DNA from: Mycoplasmatales bacterium
GTDB lineage: Bacteria; Bacillota_I; Bacilli_A; Mycoplasmatales; JABABV01
Length of the DNA: 64,000 nt
Direction of reading: 5' to 3'
Assembly: GCA_014238055.1 (NCBI GenBank)
Contig: JABABV010000002.1
Location: forward strand, 4,422 to 68,421
In this document: one piece after another, positions 12,721-23,885 of the stretch
How the letters are laid out: each line of letters begins with the position of its first letter
How positions within the stretch are numbered: the stretch's first letter is position 1
Made by a program: the position numbers and the translations under genes
Notes under the pieces: generated by a model
What the model saw: the letters and a program-made list of their open reading frames with translations, nothing else
What the model was told of the DNA's origin: nothing
Database searches by the model: none

Positions 12721-13890
12721 ATGAATATAAATAAAAAAATAAAAAAATTCTTCTATAGCTTAGCTGTTTTTAGTTCTGTAATCGGATCTACTGCAACAGT
12801 TGTTAGTTGTAATGAAAACAAACGTAAAGAACTTGAAACGGAAATAGAGTGAGATGAATTTAGAATGGCAGCTGGAAATGAAGAATTATTAAATATAGTC
12901 GAGAACACTTATCCAACAGGGTGACAACAATCAACAGAACAAGATCTAACATTATCGAGTTCTTTTCATGATGATGATACTTTCATTGTTACAATAAATA
13001 TCGATAGAATCGTCAATAGTGATTCTACAACTGCTACATTCACAATCGCCTTTATACCTACTTTTAAATATAATGTTAATCAATGAGTATGTAATTCGGG
13101 ACCGGTTGAAAATAAAGGTAGTTGAGGAGCTTTTAAAGCTGCAGCTATTTCAGAGAAACCAGACAACATTATTGCAGAAGCTCGTAAATTAGGTATTTTA
13201 CAAAAATATAGATGAACTTATGGTACCCCTTCACAAACTAAATGAATCTCAAGCGACAAAGCTGAGTTCGATGTTTATGGCGGTTTAGGTAAAGGTGATA
13301 TTTATAAAGGGATGGCTGGAAGACCATCAGTTAATGATTCAAAGCAAGAAATCACAGTTATTATTTCTAAATTAGGTAAAGATGGAGCTTATGATTCTGA
13401 TCCCATAAAAGCAACAATTTCTTTTTTAAAAGGAACTGATTATCAAGTAAATCATTGAAGATTTCTTAAAGTTGAACAAATTCAATCGCAGAAAAAATTC
13501 AATTATATAATTAAACATCAAGCAACATTAGCTGCTGCAGGTTTTTCTGCATTTGAAAATGATAACTTCGCCATTATAGGAAATAATAATTGAGGTAAAG
13601 ATCACGCTTCTAATCACCGAATAATTGATGTTTTGCATGCGGTTGGATTTTATTCATTTAATCGAGCGCCATCATTTTTCTGATCTGCTGTTGGTGCTGA
13701 TGGTAGAGCCTTTAAACAAAATGGAAGAAATGTTGTTGAATCAAAAATAGTGTTTAAATTCGTTGATCATAACGATAAATTTTATCAACTATCTTTTTAT
13801 TTTTATTTTTACTTTAAGAATGGAGTAAATGGTCTTGCAGGAGGAAATACTTTTAATTTCACTTGAATTGGTAAAGCCCATCAAGATTAA
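12721..13890 (+). CDS. paralog-family lipoprotein P1
   Basis: RBS aaggag. Lipobox TVVSC. Family motifs WTYGTPSQTKW, AEFDVYG, ISKLGKDGAYDSDPI, GGNTFNFTW. Many in-frame TGA codons. Confidence 0.75.
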
Positions 13891-13940
13891 ATTAAAAATA
13901 TATTTATTGATAAATAAAATAAAAAAAGGAGTTGTTCCAA

Positions 13941-15113
13941 TTGAATTTAATTATTAAAAAAATTAAAAAACTTTTTTCGGTAAGTGCTATGTTGGTCATT
14001 GCCGCAACGACGATAACAACAACAGTTAGTTGCCAAAGATATGTAAATCATGATTCTTTTGAAGATAAGTGAGATGCATTTGAAAAAGCAGCCGAAGACG
14101 AAGCAGCTATTAATATCGTAAACACAGATGTTCCTACTGGATGAGAGAATTCTAAAGCAGAAGAATTAGTTATATGAAACATTAAAATAACTCCAAAGAC
14201 TTATACGATAGAGTTAGATATTTTAAGAAATTTTAAAAACAGTTCGACAGATGCTGTGTTCCAAATTATTTATATATTTGGTAACGAATATTCTGTTGGA
14301 CAATGAGTTTGTATTTTACAGCCTAAAGATAATGATGGTAGCTGAGATAAATTCAAAATTAATGCTTTAACAGTCACTCCCACTCAACTATTAGAATCTG
14401 CTGAGGAACAAAAAAAATTATATTCTTTTAAATGAACATATGGAACTCCTGCTCAAATTAAATGAACAGAAAACGATGGAGCTGAATTTGATGTCTATGG
14501 TGGTGTTGGGAAAAACGATCCTTATAAAGGGATGAAAGGTAAACCAACAATTAATAATAATAATCAGACAGTAACAGCGATAATTTCTAAAAAAGGTAAA
14601 AATGGGGCATATGATTCCGATCCAATTAAAGCTACGATTCAATTTATCACAGGTGAATTATATAACCTTCGTTATTGAAAATTTTCAAAAATGCAACAAT
14701 CACAATCTCTCAAAAAAACTAACTCAATTATAGATCAACAAGTGAAAGTTGGGGGATCTAATTTTAAAACTTTTGAATCTACAAATTTTATGACTTATGG
14801 TAATGATAATGCAGGAATTCATCACAATGTTTTAAACGATAAAATTGATGATGTCTTAAACAGAAATGATTTACCTAATAGGTGAGACCATCCTATTAAG
14901 TATGGTTGAAGTGCAGGAGGAACTAAAGGAGTAGAAGGTGGTCCGATAGGGCATAAATATTGACAATCACAAATTACTTTTTTAGTCGAAACTCATGATT
15001 TAAATATTTTTAATTTATGATTAACATTTAAATATTTTTATTGAAATGGAAAAGACGCTTCAGCTGGAGGAAACGCTTTCACTTTTACTTGATCAGGAGT
15101 AATAGTAAAATAA
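13941..15113 (+). CDS. paralog-family lipoprotein P2 (TTG start)
   Basis: RBS aaaggag lies 8 nt before TTG 13941. Lipobox TTVSC. Motifs WTYGTPAQIKW, AEFDVYG, ISKKGKNGAYDSDPI, GGNAFTFTW. Confidence 0.72.
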
Positions 15114-15148
15114 TTATAATTAAACAATAGAAAAAAAGGAGATAATTT

Positions 15149-16330
15149 ATGATTAATAAAAAAATTAAAATAATAATATTTAATTTTATGATTGCCATTT
15201 CAGCGATTAGTACTAGTTTATCGATGACTAGTTGTAGTCATAAAAATTCGGCAGCGGCGTTTCAAAATAAATGAAATCTTTTTCGTCAAAAAGTTAGTAG
15301 TGAAATTCCGATGAACATAGTCAAAGCTATTAAACCGATAACTTGAGAAGATGCTAATGCAACAGAACTAAGTTTTGAAGATGTTCACATTGATACTAAG
15401 TTGTATATAGCAACATTAGATATCGTTAGAACTATTACTGATAATTATTCAACTGCTAAATTTAAAATAATGTTTAATGAAAAAGAAAAATACGATGTTA
15501 ATGCATGAGTTTGTACTTCGCAACCAGTGTATAAACATCAGAGATGACAAATTTTTAAAGAAGAGGCGTTAGCAGTTAAAGCGTCTCAACTTTTAACTGA
15601 AGCTAAAGAAGATCATTTTTTAGAAAAATTTCATTGAACTTATGGGACGCCCTCTCAAATTAAATGATTAAAAACTGATGTTGCTGAATTTGATATTTAT
15701 GGTAATCTTGATAATAATAAATCAGAATCTGGGTATAAAGGTATGCAAGGTACGCCAACTGCTGATGAAAAAACTAAAACAATCAGAGCAATTATTTCTA
15801 AAAAAGGTAAAAATGGGGCATATGATTCCGATCCTATAGAAGCTGATATTTCTTTTGTTACTGGTGATTCTTACAATATTACAAATTGACAATTTCGTAA
15901 AACGATTCAAAAACAATCTTTAGCAAAAGTAAATTCAATATTAGATGAACAAGTACAAATATCAATAAAAAGTTTTTCTGATTTTCAAAAATTAAATTTT
16001 GCTATTACAACTACAGATACAAACGCTATCGATCATAATTACGATACTAACAAAATAGATGATCTTTTAAATAGGAATGGATTCCCACGCCACGGAAACC
16101 CAACTATCTATATAGTTCAAGGTGGTAGCAGCGGTGTTCCTGGAGGAACTGCTGGCCATAAATATATCACTTCAAAAATATCTTTTAACTTTGTAGATAT
16201 TTCTAGTGGAGGAGGATATAAAATATTTTTAAACTTTGTTTACAGCTACACTAACGGAAATAACGGTAGTGAAGGAGGAACTGCTTTTAACTTCACTTGA
16301 ATAGGTGATATTAAAAAAGACAAACATTAA
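15149..16330 (+). CDS. paralog-family lipoprotein P3
   Basis: RBS aaggag. Lipobox SMTSC. Motifs WTYGTPSQIKW, AEFDIYG, ISKKGKNGAYDSDPI, GGTAFNFTW. Confidence 0.75.
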
Positions 16331-16370
16331 TTATGATCAGAAGAACAATCACGTTTATAAGGAGGAAATA

Positions 16371-17534
16371 ATGAATAAAAAATTTAAAATATTATTATTG
16401 TCTACGGTAGTTTCTAGTAGTGTTGTTTTTTCAACTGCTAGTTGTAGTCATAAAAATAATAGCGGTAATGATACTTTTAAATTGTGAAATGCTTTTAAAA
16501 AAAATGCTGAATCAGAAACGATTAGAAATATTGTCAAACAAACTCATCCAATTGGCTGGGAAGATGCTTCTGATCTTGAACTAAGATTTGGCCCTTTTAA
16601 AGCGGATGATGCGAAACATATTATCTCAGTTGATATTATGAGAAATAGTGGTTCTAACGAAACGACAGCTACTTTTAAAATAAGTTTTATAAAAGCACAA
16701 AAATATAACATCGATCAATGAAAATGCACTAGTCAACCGTCTGGAAATACGGGAAGTTGAATTTTATTCAAAGAAGAAGCTTTTAGATTAGATCCAAACG
16801 ATTTATTAAATATTGTTAAGAAATCGTCAAATTGAAACAAGTTTGCGTGAAAATATGGAACTACATCACAAACGAAATGAGTTGCTGGTGACGAAGCTGA
16901 ATTCGACACTTTCGGATCGCTAACTAACGATGATGCTTCAAACTATCGAGGCATGGCTGGGAAACCAACTGCTAATGAAAGTAATTTTACGATCACAGCA
17001 ATCATTTCAAAAAAAGGTCATGAAGGACTTTATGATGCTGATCCGATAAAAGCTAGCATTGAGTATAAATTCGGTGAAAAATATAATATTAATAATTGAA
17101 ATTCTTTTACGCAAAAAGACCAATTACAATCTTTAGAAAAATCGAACTCAATTATCGATAAGCAAGTTGAAGTTGCTAAAAATTTTAGTGAATTTGAAAA
17201 AACTAATTTTGCCACTTTAGGAGACGATAAATCAGCAATCGATCATAGTGACAAAAATAGTATCGATAAACTTTTAGATAGACATGGTTATCCAGGTCAT
17301 AGAGATATAATTTTCCTCGACAAATATAGCGAAGCTGGTTCTAAAGGGAAAGAAATGATAAAATACGATGCAAAAATGTGAGAATCAAAAGTAGTATTTA
17401 GCTTTCACAATAAGCAATCTACTTTAATGACTTTATATTTATATTTTGATTTTATGTATCAAAATAACGATAAAGCGCACGGGGGAACAGCGTTTAGTTT
17501 TACTTGAAGAGCGACGATCGGTCCCAAGATTTAA
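16371..17534 (+). CDS. paralog-family lipoprotein P4
   Basis: RBS aaggagg before ATG 16371. Lipobox STASC. Motifs WKYGTTSQTKW, AEFDTFG, ISKKGHEGLYDADPI, GGTAFSFTW. Confidence 0.75.
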
Positions 17535-17560
17535 AAACAAAAATATTTAGTCGCTAAAAT

Positions 17561-17596
17561 AAAATACGAGAATTATAATCATCTCGTATTTTTTTA
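17561..17596 (+). terminator. terminator closing the four-gene lipoprotein operon
   Basis: aaatacgaga / tctcgtattt stem followed by a T-run. No terminator lies between P1 and P4. Confidence 0.8.
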
Positions 17597-17657
17597 TTAA
17601 ATTTTTGATATAATAAAGATAAAATATTTAATAAAATATATTATGAAAAAGGTGTCT

Positions 17658-20420
17658 ATGAAAAAATTATCAACTACAGAAATTAGAAATTTATGATTAA
17701 ATTTTTTTAAAAAATATAATCATTTAGAAGTTCCTAGTGTATCTTTAATTCCAGAAAATGATAAATCTTTATTATGAATCAATTCTGGTGTCGCTACATT
17801 AAAACGCTATTTTGATGGACGTTCTATACCACCATCACCAAGAATGGTAAACTCACAAAAAGCGATCCGTACTAATGATATTGAAAATGTTGGAATTACT
17901 GCTCGTCATCATACTTTTTTTGAAATGCTTGGTAATTTCTCAATCGGTGATTATTTCAAAAAAGAAGCGATTGCTTACGCTTGAGAATTTTTAACTAGCA
18001 CAACTTATTTAGATTTAGATAAATCTAAATTATATATTACTGTTTTCAAAGATGATATTGATGCTTTTAATTATTGAGTCGCTCAAGGAGTTAATAAAGA
18101 CCATATTATTTTAGGAGAGCGTAGTACTAACTTTTGAGATTTAGGTCAAGGTCCTTGTGGTCCTAATAGTGAAGTCTTTTACGATCGTGGTCCTAAATAC
18201 GATTTAAACAATATTGGTCTAAAACTTTTAAAAGAAGATTTAGAAAATGATCGTTATGTCGAAATTTGAAACATTGTTTTTTCACAATATAACAATGATG
18301 GTAAAAATAATTATGAAGAATTACCAACAAAGAATATTGATACGGGTGCTGGTTTAGAAAGAATTGCATCTATCGTTCAAGAAGCGCCTACTAATTTTGA
18401 TACTGATATATTTTTAGCTATTATTAATAAAATTGAAAGTTATTGTGATAAAAAATATGTCACTGATAATTTCTTCAAACAAGACGAAGACCAAAAAATT
18501 ATTAATACTGCTTTCAAAGTCGTTGCTGATCATTTAAGATCAGTTACTTTTGCGATTGCTGATGGTGCTAATCCAGGAAATAACGGCCGTGACTACGTCA
18601 TTCGTCGTTTAATCCGTCGTGCCTTACGTTTTGGTAAAAAATTAGGCATTAAAAAAGTCTTTTTATTTGAAATAGTAGCAACAGTAGTTAGTTTAATGAA
18701 AGATTATTATCCTTACTTAGAAGAACGTCAAACTGAAATAGCTTCAATTATTAAAATTGAAGAAGAACGTTTTTCAAAAACATTAACTACTGGTGAAGAA
18801 CTATTAACTAAAATTATTAATAATTTAAAAGTTAATAAAGAAAAAACAATTAACGGTGAACTAGCTTTTAAATTGTATGATACTTATGGATTTCCAATCG
18901 AACTAACGACAGAAATCGCTAATGAATATAATGTTATGATTGAAAAAGGTGGCTTCCAAAGAGCGATGCTAAAACATCAACAATTAGCTAAACAATCACA
19001 AAAACAAACGACAGCTATGAACTTACAAGCTGACTTCTTTAATAATTTTAAACTTGAATCTGAATTTAGCGGTTATCATAATTTAATTGAAAAAAACGCT
19101 CAAGTAATTTTAATTTTTAAAGACAACGAATCTTTAAAAGAATTATCAGATGAAGGATTTGTATTATTCGATAAAACGCCTTTTTATGCTGAATCAGGAG
19201 GACAAGCACCTGATAGTGGCTATATAACTAATGTAGATAATAGTTTTTATGCTGAAATATTAGATGTGCAAAAAAACAATCTAAAACAACATGTCCATCT
19301 AATTAAGGTTGAAAAAGGAACTTTAAAAATTAATCAAAAATATATTTTAACTGTTAATAAACCAAAACGTGCTTTAACGATGAATAATCATTCCGCAACA
19401 CATTTATTATTTGCAGCTTTAACGAAAGTTATTGGACATAGTCTACCGCAATCAGGATCGTTTTTAAATGATAAATATTTACGTTTCGATTTTGCAGCTG
19501 CTAAAAAACCACCGTTATCATTAATTATGGAAGCACAAGATTTAGCAAACAAATGAATTAAAACTGATCCTAAAACAGAAGTAATTTATACTGATATTAA
19601 AAAAGCTTTAGCGATGGGAGCGTTATCATTAGAAAAATCAGATTATAATGAAAATGTTCGTGTCGTTAAACTTGGTGATTATTCAATGGAACTATGTGGT
19701 GGAACTCACGTTCCTAGTCTTAGTGCTATGGAAGCAATTCAAGTAACTAATTACGAAACTAAAAAAGCAGGAGTTTATCGTATCGAAGCGTTGACGACAA
19801 ATCATGCTATTAAATTTTATTTCCATAATAAAATTGCAAAAGTTTTTAACGAAATTAGAAATATCTATATTGAATATTTATCATTAAGTGAAAAATCAAA
19901 TAACGAAAATGATGATTTAAATAAATTAAAAAATTATCCTGATGTTAATGATGATACTGCTGGTTTAGAGATTTTAAAAACTGATCTAGCAAAATATCAA
20001 AATATTTTAAAAAGTTATAAAAAAGCTTGCGCTCAAGATGAATTGAAAAATTTAATGAGTCAATTTAATGATATTTCAAAAGATTTAGTAATGTTAGATG
20101 AGAAGAGCGAAACGACTTATTTTAGTTATCGCTTTCCAGAATTAACTAGTCCAAAACTAATTCAAGAAGTTGCTAAAAATATTATTGCTAAACACCAAAA
20201 TACAATTTGCTTCTTAGCTACTAATAATAATAAAAATCAAACTGTATGAGCGATATTTAGTGGTAAATTAGCAATTAAAAATAATTATTTAGCTAACAAT
20301 TATGCCAAAGAAATTGCCACTTTAATTAATGGTCGTGGTGGTGGAAAGCCACATATGAGTATGGTAAGTGGTCAAATCAGCGATTTTGAGACTATCAAAG
20401 CAGTTGTCTTGAAAAAATAA
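17658..20420 (+). CDS. alaS: alanine--tRNA ligase
   Basis: N-terminus [17 protein letters not shown]..., [14 protein letters not shown], the editing-domain HxxxH (HSATHLL) and CGGTH. Fragments are in one frame. An in-frame ATG at 17643 is an alternative start. Confidence 0.93.
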
Positions 20421-20434
20421 AATAGGAGGACATT

Positions 20435-20854
20435 ATGCGTATTTTAGGACTTGATTTAGGAATTAAATCTTTAGGAATAGCTTTAAGTGATGAATTACTA
20501 TTTTTAGCTACTGGTAAAGAAAATTTCATGTTTGCAGAAAATGATTTTCCAAAAGCGATCGCTAGAATATTGGAATATAGTCGAGAATACGAAATTGAAA
20601 AAATCATTCTTGGACACCCTTTAAGATTAAATGGTACTAAATCTGATCGAACAATTATGATTGAAGAGTTTGCTGATAAATTAAAAACAGTAACTGATAT
20701 TCCAGTAATTTTATTCGATGAACGGTTTAGTACTAAGATTGCTACGAGAATATTAATCGATGCTAATGTTTCTCGTAAAAATCGTAAAAAACAAAAAGAT
20801 AAAATGGCGGCCCAAATAATTTTACAAAATTTTTTAGATTATAATAAAATATAA
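20435..20854 (+). CDS. ruvX: putative pre-16S rRNA nuclease / Holliday-junction resolvase-like YqgF
   Basis: MRILGLDLGIKSLGIA N-terminus and conserved position downstream of alaS. Confidence 0.85.
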   Translation: MRILGLDLGIKSLGIALSDELLFLATGKENFMFAENDFPKAIARILEYSREYEIEKIILGHPLRLNGTKSDRTIMIEEFADKLKTVTDIPVILFDERFSTKIATRILIDANVSRKNRKKQKDKMAAQIILQNFLDYNKI

Positions 20855-20892
20855 TTTATAATTATATCTATAATAACAAGGAGGTTGTTACT

Positions 20893-21192
20893 ATGACAAC
20901 AATCAAAGAAGACAAAAATAACATAATTACTTTAACTGACGATGAAGGTAAAGAACAAGAATTCGAAGTATTATTTACTTTCGAAGATAGCGGTCAAAAT
21001 TACCTTTTATATTTTGATCCCAAAGATGCTGATGGAGAAGTATATGCTGCTAAATACAACCCAGCAGACGATAAAGGTGGACAATTAGCAAGTATCGATA
21101 ACGATGAAGAATGAAAATTAGTTGAAGATGCTTTAGAAGAATTTCAAAAAGACGATGCTGATCTTGAAGACAGCGAAACAGCTGACGTTTAA
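20893..21192 (+). CDS. DUF1292 (YrzB-like) acidic small protein
   Basis: Motif ITLTDDEGKEQEFEVLF..YLL and conserved position after ruvX. One in-frame TGA. Confidence 0.7.
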
Positions 21193-21206
21193 AGTTTAAT
21201 TAAAAA

Positions 21207-21240
21207 TAAAAAAAACATCAAATTGATTGATGTTTTTTTA
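21207..21240. terminator. bidirectional terminator
   Basis: A-run, acatcaa/ttgatgt stem, T-run, between convergent genes. Confidence 0.75.
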
Positions 21241-21258
21241 TTTTATAAAGATTAAATA

Positions 21259-21480
21259 TTATTTTTCTTCGTTAACTTTAATCGCTTCAGTAGGACAAAT
21301 CATTAGAAAATCTTCATTTTTTTCTCTGTTTGGTCGAGTGATTGCTTTACCATTATCTTGCATGTAAAAAGTTTCGCCTTCATCCATAGCAACACAAGCT
21401 CCACAACCAATACATAAATCTTGGTCTACGTATAATCTGCGGAAATTTTCCATTTTACGTTTAATATCTTCAACTGCCAT
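21259..21480 (-). CDS. small 4Fe-4S ferredoxin
   Basis: CIGCGACV ... CP cluster motif in a 73-aa ORF. Confidence 0.8.
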   Translation of the reverse strand: MAVEDIKRKMENFRRLYVDQDLCIGCGACVAMDEGETFYMQDNGKAITRPNREKNEDFLMICPTEAIKVNEEK

Positions 21481-21565
21481 AACAATAACCCCTTTATATT
21501 TATTTATATATGGTATAATAATTTACAATTAATAATAACACATATTATCAACTTTGCGAAAACAT

Positions 21566-21594
21566 TTGCAAACTTAGATATTTTAGTATATAAT
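21566..21594 (+). promoter_or_regulatory. promoter of the infC-rpmI-rplT operon
   Basis: TTGCAA (21566-71), 17-nt spacer, TATAAT (21589-94). Confidence 0.6.
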
Positions 21595-21599
21595 TAATT

Positions 21600-21780
21600 A
21601 GCAACTAAATTTTTATTAATAGTTGTTGTTTAGAAAGTAGAATAGACATTTCTCACCTGACTGACGCAAAAGTCTTTAGGTATATTGCTATTACAGACAA
21701 TTATTTAATTTATAATATAATTATAAAATAAAATAATAGCATTAAAATGAGAAGTGGTATAGCCACTTTTTTATATTTTT
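21600..21780 (+). promoter_or_regulatory. candidate L20-type ribosomal-protein leader / attenuator
   Basis: A ~200-nt untranslated leader between the promoter and infC ends in the hairpin aagtgg-tatag-ccactt plus T6 (21752-21772). This matches the Firmicutes arrangement, but the structure was not verified. Confidence 0.4.
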
Positions 21781-21798
21781 ATTAATTAATCAATTGGA

Positions 21799-22365
21799 GT
21801 GATTATTATTAGCATTCGTAGAATTAAAAAACCGCGTTCATCACAAGTTTCAAAAGATCTAGTAAACCGAGGAATTTATTTTCGTGAAGTTACTGTTATC
21901 GATGAAAATGGCGAAAACTTAGGCGTTAAATCAAAATATGACGCTATAGCAATCGCAGAACAAGCCGGATTAGATTTATTATGTGTTTCGCCAAACGCGA
22001 AGCCACCAGTTTGTAAAATTGTAGATTACGGTCGTTATAAATACGATAAGAACAAAAAAACTCGCGAATCTAAAAGAACACAAACAATAATAGAAATCAA
22101 AGAAGTTCGTTTAACACCATTAATTGGACAACATGATTTAGAAACTAAAGCAGAAAAAGCTCGTAAATTCATCTTAGATGGTAATCGTGTAAAAATTTCT
22201 CTAAAGTTCCGTGGTCGTGAAGTTATGATGCAAGAAAAAGGTCGCGACACATTAAAGCGTTTTATCGATTTAATGAGCGATGTATCAAAAGTGGATGTAG
22301 AACCAAAATTAATTAATAATCGATTTTTAGATGTTTATCTATTACCTTTGAAAATCAAAAAGTAA
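21799..22365 (+). CDS. infC: translation initiation factor IF-3
   Basis: Motifs INRGIYFREVTVIDENGENLG..., KPPVCKIVDYGRYKY. Non-ATG start (GTG 21799 followed by ATT ATT ATT). Confidence 0.9.
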   Translation: MIIISIRRIKKPRSSQVSKDLVNRGIYFREVTVIDENGENLGVKSKYDAIAIAEQAGLDLLCVSPNAKPPVCKIVDYGRYKYDKNKKTRESKRTQTIIEIKEVRLTPLIGQHDLETKAEKARKFILDGNRVKISLKFRGREVMMQEKGRDTLKRFIDLMSDVSKVDVEPKLINNRFLDVYLLPLKIKK

Positions 22366-22377
22366 GGAGTAATAATT

Positions 22378-22572
22378 ATGCCAAAAATGAAAACGAAAAA
22401 GGCGCTTGCAAAACGTGTAAAAGTTACTGGTAGCGGTAAATGAAAACGTGCTCAAGCATTTCAGTCACATTTAAAAGCAAACAAATCAACAAAACAAAAA
22501 CGTCAATTAAATAAACCAGGATTAGTATCAGCATCAGATAAAAAACGTTTAAAAAACTTATTACAAGGTTAG
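22378..22572 (+). CDS. rpmI: 50S ribosomal protein L35
   Basis: [24 protein letters not shown]...; RBS aaggag; one in-frame TGA. Confidence 0.9.
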
Positions 22573-22590
22573 TAAAGAGGAGAGATTAAT

Positions 22591-22947
22591 ATGGCTAGAG
22601 TTAAAGGTGGAGTCACAACAAGACGTCGTCGTAAAAAGTGATTAAAATTAGCGAAGGGTTATTATGGACATAAACATATAGCTTATAAAACTGCTAAAGA
22701 ACAAGTGATGAACTCACTTGCATACGCATACCGTGATCGTCGTAATCGTAAGAGAAACTTCCGTAGATTATGAATTGCTCGTATAAATGCAGCAACTCGT
22801 GCTCAAGGAATGTCATATTCATTATTCATTAATGGATTAAAAAAACTAAATATCGATTTAAATCGTAAAATGCTTTCAGAATTAGCAATTCATAATCCAA
22901 ATGAATTCAATGCTTTAATCAGTTTAGTTCAAAAAAACAACAAATAA
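22591..22947 (+). CDS. rplT: 50S ribosomal protein L20
   Basis: [26 protein letters not shown]...; RBS agagga. Confidence 0.92.
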
Positions 22948-23034
22948 TTAATTAAAAATAGATTTTACTAATTATTGATGGTGTTAACTGGTTGCCGGTT
23001 AATTAACTATTAATAATTGAAAAGGAGAATTTCA

Positions 23035-23304
23035 ATGGCAATCAAAAACATTTCAAATCTTGAAATAGTTAAAGAATTCGGTAAGAACGATAAAGATACT
23101 GGTAAACCAGAAGTTCAAATCGCAATCTTAACGAAAGAAATTAAAGAATTAACAGCGCATATGCAAACTCATAAAAAAGATTTTCATTCACGTCGTGGTT
23201 TAATTGCTAAAGTTTCTAACCGTCGTCGTCTATTAAGATACTTACATGACGAAAATATTGAGCGTTACCGTGAGATATTAAAAAAATTAAATTTAAGAAA
23301 ATAA
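23035..23304 (+). CDS. rpsO: 30S ribosomal protein S15
   Basis: RBS aaaggag before ATG 23035. Contains [11 protein letters not shown]. Confidence 0.92.
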   Translation: MAIKNISNLEIVKEFGKNDKDTGKPEVQIAILTKEIKELTAHMQTHKKDFHSRRGLIAKVSNRRRLLRYLHDENIERYREILKKLNLRK

Positions 23305-23386
23305 CTTTTATAGTTATTTTTTTTTAATTTAATTTTTAAGTTATAATAATTATATACTTAATATAGCTGTTGCTTAAGGAGTTTTT

Positions 23387-23866
23387 ATGGAAAAATCTAT
23401 CAATATGAAGAGCCATACTTATTATACTTGACGAAAACATTTAAGATTATTATTTAAATTATCGATTTATTTTTTATTTTTTATAGTTCTTTGATCAATC
23501 ATTGCTATTTTAATAAGCCAAGATTCAACTTTTAAAAATGAATTTGATTATAAAACAATTTTTTCTAGTGGTTTAGGGTTTTTATTTATAATATTTTCAG
23601 TAGTCTTATTAATATTTTTTATTTTAATTTTATCACAAGTAACCTTTTTATTAATTCACGATCACGAAATTCCGATCGGAAAATTACATAATTTAATTTT
23701 TGCAAGTAGTGTTGTCTCAGTATTTTTTCCATGAATATCATTTATAATGATTTGAAAAACTTTAAAATTATTAAAGACAGAAATCAAAATTATTCATGAA
23801 CAAAAAACAAAAAGTTATCAAGAAAAATTTGATAATAAAAATGTAGATATTTTATTTCATTGATAA
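23387..23866 (+). CDS. hypothetical multi-pass membrane protein
   Basis: RBS aaggag. Several hydrophobic segments. Ends cat-tga-taa, so the stop is 23864-66 if TGA is read as Trp. Confidence 0.5.
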
Positions 23867-23884
23867 AATATCTACATTTTTATT
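23838..23884. terminator. bidirectional terminator shared with mreB
   Basis: aaatgtagatatttta / aaaatatctacattt long stem. Confidence 0.7.
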
Positions 23885-23885
23885 A

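Noticed and set aside
14418-14642. Antisense ORF sharing the peptide IGIICPIFTFFRN with another antisense ORF at 15722-15916, which could look like a small repeated gene.
   Set aside because: The shared peptide is the reverse translation of the 41-nt patch that is identical between lipoprotein paralogs P2 and P3. Neither ORF has an RBS.
16305-16370. The upstream start proposed by the track for lipoprotein P4 (MILKKTNINYDQ...).
   Set aside because: It overlaps the P3 3' end and would place 22 residues before the signal peptide. A strong RBS (aaggagg) precedes ATG 16371 instead.
17658-20420. Apparent pseudogenisation: alaS and many other genes appear split into 2-6 ORFs in the supplied track.
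   Set aside because: All fragments are in the same frame and separated only by TGA at positions compatible with Trp. This is a genetic-code artefact, not gene decay.
22035-22250. 71-aa ORF antisense to infC. Similar antisense ORFs lie at 39127-39435 (ffh), 35631-35843 (greA), 48025-48228 (PTS), 26207-26392 (rnj) and 20395-20607 (ruvX).
   Set aside because: Each lies wholly within a well-supported conserved gene on the opposite strand and lacks start signals.
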